A DNA stretch of 64,000 bases, from contig JAQULK010000001.1 in the NCBI GenBank assembly GCA_028718635.1, positions 607,834-671,833 on the forward strand, written 5' to 3'. A program made the translations under genes and the position numbers. How positions within the stretch are numbered: position 1 is the stretch's first letter; each line of letters begins with the position of its first letter. This stretch comes from Minisyncoccota bacterium. GTDB taxonomy: Bacteria > Patescibacteriota > Minisyncoccia > Phycocordibacterales > UBA9973. Of the stretch, positions 57,006-64,000 are shown piece by piece. The notes under the pieces are model-generated. The model was given only the letters and a program-made list of their open reading frames with translations, had not been told where the DNA came from and did no database searches.

Positions 57006-57338
57006 TTTTGTAGTATTTATTTATATATAAAAGATCGCTCATGACTTTGCGGATAGAATCAAGCTGTAACGCTCGCATTTCAGGAGTAACATTTTCGTTT
57101 TTTATAGTCTCTTCAAAAAAACGCAGAATGCTTGTGAGCGTTGTCGTATAATCTCCAGCCTTTAAATGAAAAACCAAGCTCTTGTGATCAGAAGCTTGCT
57201 CTAATTCAAGTGAATATGTATTATTTGACCCATCTTTTGTAATTAAATATTTAGAAACCTGAATATTATATGATTGATTCGCCATATTTCTATTGTAACA
57301 TAATACTTTTTGATAAGAATTGTGGATAAATAAATTTT

Positions 57339-57599
57339 TTATTTTGGTTTTATTAAAATTTCTTGTTCAATTTTTTTAAATCTTTCAATCTCCTTCCCGT
57401 CCAATACAATATTTTCTAAAAACATATGCTTTGGCCGAGCCCAAATACCTCCATCTTCTAAATGCATATAAATAACTAAATGTTCTTGATTCTCACTGTG
57501 CACTGCCTCAAAGAGAACCCTAACTTTTGTTCCCTTATAATGTTCATAAATTCCTCCGATTTCTAAATTTTTCATAGATATATAATACCCCAAAATCAA
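57339..57599 (-). CDS. DUF1653-like small protein
   Basis: GGIYEHYKGTKVRVL...HSENQEHLVIYMHLEDGGIWARP matches the DUF1653 pattern. Confidence 0.5.
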   Translation of the reverse strand: MILGYYISMKNLEIGGIYEHYKGTKVRVLFEAVHSENQEHLVIYMHLEDGGIWARPKHMFLENIVLDGKEIERFKKIEQEILIKPK

Positions 57600-57643
57600 C
57601 TTATTACAAAAATAGACGACCGCATTATTTTATAGTATTACCA

Positions 57644-58189
57644 TTATTTTAGACCAAAGTGTTTTCGTAGATTTTCGTCATAATCGAGCTTTTCTACCAC
57701 CATATATCTTATATTTTTACCAAAAGACAAATCGGTTTTTAAGAGCTCAATAAATTCTGCACAGTTATATGGATAAATCCAAACGCTACGTTGAAGTTGA
57801 ATAAAACCAAAATCTTTTATTTCTAAGCGTAAAAGATTTCTTTTAGATCTGGCATTTTCCCAAACATCAAAAATGACTACTCTCCACTTGCCATCCCATT
57901 TAGTATTTTTCTTTTTCTCTTTAATTTGATAATAAAGGAGTTTTCGTTTTCCTTTTTCAGTCAAACGTAAAAACTGTTTCCCGTTTTCTGTTTCTATTTT
58001 AAGCAATCCATCTTTCACAAGTTTTTGTGCTTTTTGATTTAAATAATATTTAAGATTATATTTTTTCTTTTGTTTTAAAAATGGTTTTAAAATTTGTAAA
58101 GCATTGGGCGCCAACACCACAATTGATAAAACCCCTACGGTAGCAACCGTCATTAAAATAATTTTTTTAAAATCAATCTTTTTATCCAT
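57644..58189 (-). CDS. PaaX-like C-terminal (Cas2-like fold) domain protein with an N-terminal transmembrane helix
   Basis: WDGKWRVVIFDVWENARSKRNLLRLEIKDFGFIQLQRSVWIYP closely matches the PaaX_C signature WDG.W.LV....PE..R..R..LR..L...GFG.L..GVWV.P. Confidence 0.45.
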   Translation of the reverse strand: MDKKIDFKKIILMTVATVGVLSIVVLAPNALQILKPFLKQKKKYNLKYYLNQKAQKLVKDGLLKIETENGKQFLRLTEKGKRKLLYYQIKEKKKNTKWDGKWRVVIFDVWENARSKRNLLRLEIKDFGFIQLQRSVWIYPYNCAEFIELLKTDLSFGKNIRYMVVEKLDYDENLRKHFGLK

Positions 58190-58227
58190 AATTTCATTAT
58201 ACTACAAAAGTAGACGACCGCATATTT

Positions 58228-58638
58228 TTATAACAAAGTTTTTAATACAATTTTTCTATGAGCTTCTTCGGCTTTTTCTAAATTAACACCAAATTTTTGC
58301 AAATGACTTACTACTTTTTGAACCCTTTTATAATTTCCACAAAAATTAGAAACGCCCTTGGGTAAACCAACAAATAAATAAATCTCACGCCAAACTAATT
58401 TCCTATCCATAAATTTTTTTACAGAATTTCTTGTAATTTTCCAAATTTCTCCATTTATTCCAAAACGCCAATATAACCAAAGCTGTAAAAAATGTAACAC
58501 GTCTTCAAATTCTTCGTGAATTCCTTTTTTATTAAATTTTATAATTTCCGTAATTAACTCTCGAACTTCCAAAAGAAGTTCTAAAAAAGTAATCTTTTCT
58601 CCATTAGAATATTCTTTAATATATTCACCAATATTCAT
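58228..58638 (-). CDS. Hypothetical protein
   Basis: ORF only. Confidence 0.3.
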   Translation of the reverse strand: MNIGEYIKEYSNGEKITFLELLLEVRELITEIIKFNKKGIHEEFEDVLHFLQLWLYWRFGINGEIWKITRNSVKKFMDRKLVWREIYLFVGLPKGVSNFCGNYKRVQKVVSHLQKFGVNLEKAEEAHRKIVLKTLL

Positions 58639-58648
58639 TTAGATTTTT

Positions 58649-61189
58649 TTAATTAACTAACGATTTTCTGTGCTGAGGTGCATTGATCATTCCGCACTTT
58701 TTCCATTTATATACTTCACCTGTAGCCGGGTTGATAGCTCCGCAAGGACACGGATCGTTCCGACCAATGTTGTTCACTGGATCAGTTTGGGCGCTTTTGG
58801 CATCTTCGCTCGGCTCTTCATGACTCGTGATTAAAGTTTGTTTCGGGGTACTTTCTTCAGCTTTTATATTTATAATATTATCGGTTTTTATATTATTTAT
58901 AAGCGAGGAAACTTGATCCTTAAAAGCTATTTCCATTTCCTTAAACATAGCAAGACCGTCTTTTTTATATTCCACGATAGGCTCTCGCTGCCCGTAAGCC
59001 CGCAAATTTACCGACGAACGCAAATAATCCATCGCTTCCAAATGCTCCATCCAAAGCGTGTCATTTACATAAAAAGCAATCCTTCTGACAGTTTCAAAAA
59101 ACGCCTCCTCACCAAGTTTTTTTCTTTTCTCCTCTAAAACTTTAGCAAAGCTTTCCCTGGTCATCGCAATATCATAAAGCAAAGCTTCAATTTCTGTCCT
59201 ATCCGCTCGCAACATTTTTTGCCTTCTTTCGTAAATTATTTTGCGTTGATGATTCATCACATCATCATATTCAAGGGTGTTTTTTCTGGCATCAAAATGA
59301 AAACCTTCAATTTTTGCCTGAGCTCCTTCCAAGGTTTTACTGATAAAACGATTTTCTATAGGCTGATCTTCGGAGATGCCAAAACGTCCCATCATTGTTT
59401 TTATTTTTTCCGAACCAAACACTCGCATCAAGTCGTCATCCAATGAAACGTAAAACTGCGTTTCTCCCGGATCGCCCTGCCTTCCAGCTCGTCCTCGTAG
59501 CTGGTTATCGATTCTCCTTGCTTCATGCCTCTCTGTGCCTAAAACGAAAAGTCCTCCAACACTTTTAACAAATTCATATTCTCCGGGAACCAAAGGATTG
59601 CCTCCGAGTTTTATGTCTATTCCGCGTCCAGCCATATTTGTAGCGATGGTTACTGCCCCCCGACGTCCCGCTTGCGCAATTATTTCACCTTCTTTTTCAT
59701 GATTTTTGGCATTTAATATCGTATGTTGCACGCCTTCTTGTTTGAGATACACGGAAAGAAGTTCATTTTTTTCAATAGAGATGGTGCCGATCAAAACCGG
59801 AGTTCCTTTTGAATTCAATTCTTTTACTTTCCTGGCGATAGCTTGAAATTTTCCTTTTTCTGTTTGAAAAATTAAATCACTATGATCGATACGAATGACG
59901 GGCATATTGGTCGGGATTACAATAACATCAAGCCCATAAACTTTTAAAAATTCTTCTGCGGAAGTGGCTGCTGTTCCGGTCATACCGGAAAGTTTTTTAT
60001 AAAATCTAAAATAATTTTGAAAAGTAATAGAACCGGATGATCGAGTCTCTTTTTCAATTTTTACTCCCTCTTTCGCTTCTATCGCTTGATGAATACCTTC
60101 ACTCCAACGCCTGCCCGGCTGAAGACGCCCGGTAAAAGGATCCACGATGATAACTTCCCCTTCCTTCACGACGTAATCTTTGTCGCGTTCAAAAATAGCT
60201 TGCGCTTTTACGGCAGTTTCCAAATGATGCACATATTTTATACCCTTTTCTGTGTAAATATTTTCAATACCTAAAAGTTGTTCAGCTTTTGTTATACCAG
60301 CATCAGAGAGAGATATCGCTTTTAGCTTCTCATCTACCTCATAATCCAGATCGCGCTTGAGTTGTTTTGCAATGTTAAAAAATTTTATATAAAAATCTTC
60401 AGAATCTCCAGAAGCAGAAGAAATAATAAGAGGGGTGCGAGCTTCATCAATTAAAATAGAATCCACCTCGTCCACAATGGCAAAATTGTGTCCTCTTTGC
60501 ACGAGATCATTTACACTCGTAGCTAAATTATCTCGTAAATAGTCAAAACCATATTCATGATTTGTGCCATAAGTTACATCTGCCTCATAGGCCTCTCTGC
60601 GGGAACAAGGTTTCAAAAAATCATAAACAATTTTAAATTCTCCGACTGAGTCTCTCTCTAAATCCTCTTCTTTGTGCGTGGCGTCATAAAGAAAAGAAAC
60701 ATTTTGTGAATTAATAACTCCGACGCTTAATCCTAAAAAATTATAAACTTGACCCATCAATACCGCGCCTATCCTAGAAAGATAATCATTGACTGTGACA
60801 ATGTGCACCCCCTCGGATGTAAGCGCATTTAAATATGCAGGAAGAACCGCAACAAAAGTTTTTCCTTCTCCCGTTTTCATTTCAGCAATTTTACCTTCAT
60901 GTAATGCCAAACCTCCGACAAGCTGAACATCAAAAAGACGTTTATTATCTACTCTTCTCAACGCTTCCCTCACGAGAGCAAAAGCTTCTGGTAATATTTC
61001 GTTTAAAGTTTCTGCTTTATTACTAGAATTGTTTAATTTATCCTTGAATTCCAGAGTTTTTTTAGGAAAAGCGTCATCTGTTAAGACCGAAATATCCGCC
61101 TCTAAAACATTGATTTTGGACACTATTTTTTCCGTATCTTTTATGAATTTAGAGCTTTCGTCTCCAAATATTTTACTATATAAACTCAT
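58649..61189 (-). CDS. secA: Preprotein translocase ATPase SecA (with a C-terminal zinc-binding motif)
   Basis: DEAD-like NBD1 (MKTGEGKTFVAVLPAYLNAL), NBD2, helical scaffold domain, C-terminal CPCG...C zinc finger. Confidence 0.9.
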   Translation of the reverse strand: MSLYSKIFGDESSKFIKDTEKIVSKINVLEADISVLTDDAFPKKTLEFKDKLNNSSNKAETLNEILPEAFALVREALRRVDNKRLFDVQLVGGLALHEGKIAEMKTGEGKTFVAVLPAYLNALTSEGVHIVTVNDYLSRIGAVLMGQVYNFLGLSVGVINSQNVSFLYDATHKEEDLERDSVGEFKIVYDFLKPCSRREAYEADVTYGTNHEYGFDYLRDNLATSVNDLVQRGHNFAIVDEVDSILIDEARTPLIISSASGDSEDFYIKFFNIAKQLKRDLDYEVDEKLKAISLSDAGITKAEQLLGIENIYTEKGIKYVHHLETAVKAQAIFERDKDYVVKEGEVIIVDPFTGRLQPGRRWSEGIHQAIEAKEGVKIEKETRSSGSITFQNYFRFYKKLSGMTGTAATSAEEFLKVYGLDVIVIPTNMPVIRIDHSDLIFQTEKGKFQAIARKVKELNSKGTPVLIGTISIEKNELLSVYLKQEGVQHTILNAKNHEKEGEIIAQAGRRGAVTIATNMAGRGIDIKLGGNPLVPGEYEFVKSVGGLFVLGTERHEARRIDNQLRGRAGRQGDPGETQFYVSLDDDLMRVFGSEKIKTMMGRFGISEDQPIENRFISKTLEGAQAKIEGFHFDARKNTLEYDDVMNHQRKIIYERRQKMLRADRTEIEALLYDIAMTRESFAKVLEEKRKKLGEEAFFETVRRIAFYVNDTLWMEHLEAMDYLRSSVNLRAYGQREPIVEYKKDGLAMFKEMEIAFKDQVSSLINNIKTDNIINIKAEESTPKQTLITSHEEPSEDAKSAQTDPVNNIGRNDPCPCGAINPATGEVYKWKKCGMINAPQHRKSLVN

Positions 61190-61474
61190 ATATATATACT
61201 AGCATAAAATGAAAAATCCTCCGAACGGAGGATTTTTCTAAGAAATCCCGACCTATGTCGGGATCCCGACTTTGGTCGGGACTATGCTCGCTTCTTTGTA
61301 GTCTTTTTTGCTGCCTTCTTTGCTTTCTTTTTTGCTGCCATATTATTTGTCGCTTACGCGAAATTATTTTTTTAATTTTAGTTTGCAATAAACCGACCGA
61401 AAATATTTATTGCTTCGAACTACATTAATTATCTCGCATAATAAAAAATTAAACAATACTTTTTTCACAAAACT

Positions 61475-61483
61475 GTGGATAAC
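61475..61483 (-). promoter_or_regulatory. Consensus DnaA box (TTATCCACA)
   Basis: The plus strand reads tgtggataa, the reverse complement of TTATCCACA. It lies in an AT-rich intergenic region between secA and tRNA-Pro. Confidence 0.3.
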
Positions 61484-61725
61484 TTTTTTAAAAAGAAAAA
61501 TGAAAAAGTTTTTAGAATGCATTGCGCAGGCGGACGCGCCGAGCATAGCAAATTTTTAGCAAAAAATTATGTGCGCATTATAAAAATTGTTTTCATTTTT
61601 CTTTTTTACAAAAAAAAATTATTTTCATTTGAAGCGGGTGATGGCTAACCTCCAACATATGTGCCTATGTGAGTGCGATCACCCGCTACAGATAAAAATA
61701 ATTTAAATATATTGTATCACAAAGT

Positions 61726-61796
61726 TCGGGCCGCTGGGAATCGAACCCAGTCTACATCCTCCCGAAGGATGCGTACGACCGGTATACTACGGCCCG
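61726..61796 (-). tRNA. tRNA-Pro (CGG)
   Basis: Minus-strand cloverleaf: acceptor CGGGCCG/CGGCCCG, anticodon loop TTCGGGA, T-loop TTCGATT. Confidence 0.75.
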
Positions 61797-61798
61797 AT

Positions 61799-62632
61799 TT
61801 ATGCCTTTCTTTCTAAGGCTCTTTCTAAAATATGCTCTATGACAGTGTGCGGTTCGGCGCCGACATATCCACAAACTTGAGAGAAATGCGAATCTGGTTT
61901 TAAATCAGGTATTCCGGTAATTTGCAAAAGATAAATCTTGCTCTTGGAATTCAAAACAAAATCCATTTTTAGATAGTGGCCTCCGCCAATATTTTTATGC
62001 AAATCTTTCACTAAAGCATTCAATCTTTCTTTTTCAGCATCGGAAAAGGAACCAAAAGAGTTTCCAAGTGGAAAAATATAAATTTCCTGTCCGCGGAATC
62101 CTGGAACAGAATGCAGAGACGCAATTTTCCCGAGAATAAATTCTTCCACTATTACGTCATCACTGTCGTTTATAATTTTTGAAAGTTCATCAAAAGTTTT
62201 TACTATTCTAATTTCGTTAGAACTTTTTACAATCCACGGCGCTCCAAATTTTCCAAAAACTTCTCGCGCAGACTTAGGAGAAATTACAGATCGAGGCATT
62301 TGCACACCGAATTGCTTTAGTTTTTCTAACAAATAATCTTTATTGCCCGCATTGGGAATGGCTAAGCTGTCGAGAATGTTTGAAAAGCTTGGGTGTGTTG
62401 TGTTCCACACTACATCAATTTTATTTATTAAATCACTAGTATTGATCGGCAAGCCGCCTAAATGCCAAACATAATCCTTGTCAACTAAAATATCCATCAC
62501 TTTATACTTCTTTCCCAATCTTTCATAAATATGCGAAATAATTTCCCCGCCTTTCTGCAAGGAAGACTTATAGTGTTTTCCCGAACCGCCTCGCAACACT
62601 CCAACTCTTTTTTTACTTTTAGTCTCTACCAT
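61799..62632 (-). CDS. ddl: D-alanine--D-alanine ligase-like ATP-grasp enzyme (short form)
   Basis: N-terminus VGVLRGGSGKHYKSSLQKG resembles the Ddl N-terminal domain; ATP-grasp C-terminal part. Confidence 0.5.
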   Translation of the reverse strand: MVETKSKKRVGVLRGGSGKHYKSSLQKGGEIISHIYERLGKKYKVMDILVDKDYVWHLGGLPINTSDLINKIDVVWNTTHPSFSNILDSLAIPNAGNKDYLLEKLKQFGVQMPRSVISPKSAREVFGKFGAPWIVKSSNEIRIVKTFDELSKIINDSDDVIVEEFILGKIASLHSVPGFRGQEIYIFPLGNSFGSFSDAEKERLNALVKDLHKNIGGGHYLKMDFVLNSKSKIYLLQITGIPDLKPDSHFSQVCGYVGAEPHTVIEHILERALERKA

Positions 62633-62659
62633 AAATAAATTATATCACAAACAAAAAAA

Positions 62660-62690
62660 TACCAAGGGTTCCCCTTGGTATTTTTTTGTT
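62660..62690. terminator. Bidirectional terminator hairpin. It shares its sequence with the palindrome inserted in iscS at 25854-25900.
   Basis: A-run, TACCAAGGG TTC CCCTTGGTA, then a T-run. Confidence 0.55.
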
Positions 62691-63040
62691 GCTGTTGTTT
62701 GTTTTGTTTCGTTCTTATAACTTAAGAGTCTTTCCTCTCTGTCAATATATCTTTTTAAGTCCACAACATATTTAGACTATTGTGTCGTCAATTGAGCGAC
62801 ACAATACCGACTCAATATATCCAACCTCTCCGAGGTCAGTTTTCGTTTTGAGACGAGAAACTCAATTCTATAAAATTTCTTTCATAAAACTGGGACGTTT
62901 TTCAAATTGAATTATTCCACGACCAGCTTCCGCTAGCCGTGCCTTGTTACGACTTAGTCCCTGTCACCGAGCTTACCTTAGGACCCACTTATGCGGATAC
63001 TTCGGGTACTCCCGGCTCCCTTGACTTGACGGGCGAATAC

Positions 63041-63905
63041 TTTCGTTAAACTACGAATTTGTGTTCCCACCGAACGGACGGATTTCCCGTATTCGGCGAG
63101 CTCTAATGCATGTGTTGTTTTAAGGAATACAACTTCTTTAATCCAGATTCTTTTAAATGTATACCATTATCAATCATCGAAAACATTTTGCAAAATATAT
63201 CGAAATCTTTCTTTTTTGAAGGAAATTTCAATATGTGTTTCTTGAAAAATGGAATTATGACTGATTTTAGGTCGTTTCTATTGTAAACTTCATATCTATA
63301 ACAATTTTGATGATTGGGACGCGTATCTTTTTGAAAATACACACTGCCACAACCAAAGAAATTTTTTAATTGATATAAAATCTTTTTATCTTTCTCAACA
63401 AGTTTCAAATAAAATTTTGGTTCTATTTTAACTCTCCGAGAATGAGAAACTTTAGAAGGATTTCGAACGTAAACAGTAAAACTGCCTTCGCCATCCACTA
63501 AACCTATAATGTAATCTGGGTTAATGTTTTGCATAGAGTGAATACCTTCCCTTGACATAAGGTCGAGGTACTATGATTCAGCTGACTTCTGACGCTGCGT
63601 AAGTTTAATTATATCATATCTTTCGAAATGACAACAACATCAGATCTCCACAGGTCACTTAAAATTCTTTTCCAAACATCCCAAACGAGCTTTTCTACGA
63701 GTTTTCCCTACCCTCACCACCCACTAGTAGGTCAACTGACTCTTTTTTATGTCGGGCTGCTCTTTGTTTCCAGATCCTCCACCATTTACCTCGCGGTAAA
63801 AGGCTATCTTTCTACTACGCTTCGATTACGAATCGAAGGAATGGATTTAAACCATTTAGAAAATTAAGCTGCTGCGCGCTTTTATTGTGAGTACAAGACT
63901 TGAGA
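63041..63905 (-). mobile_element. Intron (group I type presumed) inside the 16S rRNA gene, carrying a LAGLIDADG homing-endonuclease ORF
   Basis: The exon sequence CTTGTAC / CGCCCGTC is split by ~860 bp of non-rRNA sequence that contains the endonuclease ORF on the same strand. Confidence 0.65.
63103..63558 (-). CDS. LAGLIDADG homing endonuclease (intron-encoded)
   Basis: IIGLVDGEGSF motif; ~150-aa single-motif LAGLIDADG layout. Confidence 0.75.
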   Translation of the reverse strand: MSREGIHSMQNINPDYIIGLVDGEGSFTVYVRNPSKVSHSRRVKIEPKFYLKLVEKDKKILYQLKNFFGCGSVYFQKDTRPNHQNCYRYEVYNRNDLKSVIIPFFKKHILKFPSKKKDFDIFCKMFSMIDNGIHLKESGLKKLYSLKQHMH

Positions 63906-63952
63906 ACGTATTCACCGCAGTTTAGCTGACCTGCGATTACTAGCAATTCCAG

Positions 63953-63988
<36 letters not shown>

Positions 63989-64000
63989 AGGGCCACTTTT

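Noticed and set aside
61176-61388. 70-aa minus-strand ORF upstream of secA
   Set aside because: It has a K/R/Q-rich low-complexity translation across the P2 palindrome copy and overlaps the secA start.

Overview
This is a 64-kb, AT-rich (roughly one-third GC), gene-dense and mostly minus-strand window that looks like a small-genome CPR/Patescibacteria-type bacterium; that lineage call is an inference. Housekeeping content: a partial grpE; the r-protein/rpoA block (rpsI, rplM, rplQ, rpoA, rpsD, rpsK, rpsM, infA); a shortened alaS; mnmA, typA, clpB, an iscS-like desulfurase, infB-rbfA, gyrA, rpsA, a murE-murD-murC block, secA and ddl; six tRNAs; and the 3' part of a 16S rRNA gene interrupted by an intron that encodes a LAGLIDADG endonuclease. 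On top of this the window carries an unusual load of small palindromic DNA. (1) A MITE-like family of six copies, each inserted exactly at a gene's start codon, each flanked by an ATG-containing direct repeat. (2) Several families of GC-rich perfect palindromes inserted in frame into essential genes (iscS carries four; also rpsK, infA, typA, gyrA, murC, rpoA, infB, mnmA). (3) REP-like hairpins around a Y1 (IS200/RAYT-like) transposase homolog. The most striking locus is 29.5-37.0 kb, a tRNA-bounded cassette. A large serine recombinase there is flanked by 149-bp inverted repeats, one of them fused to the 3' end of tRNA-Leu(TAA). This abuts a 4.3-kb segment flanked by perfect ~415-bp, GC-rich, highly structured inverted repeats. 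That segment carries a 1137-aa beta-helix surface protein with a peptidoglycan-binding domain, an AbrB/MazE-like gene, a small membrane protein and a (CT)10 tract. The cassette ends at tRNA-Lys and tRNA-Leu(TAG) with a duplicated tRNA 3' end. Other accessory content: an IS481-like element next to a GC-rich SPFH / membrane-protein / RhuM-Fic islet; a GC-anomalous orphan P-loop gene; and five tandem TrbC/VirB2-like pilin paralogs. No CRISPR array was found. All calls come from reading the sequence and ORF translations by eye; no searches were run.
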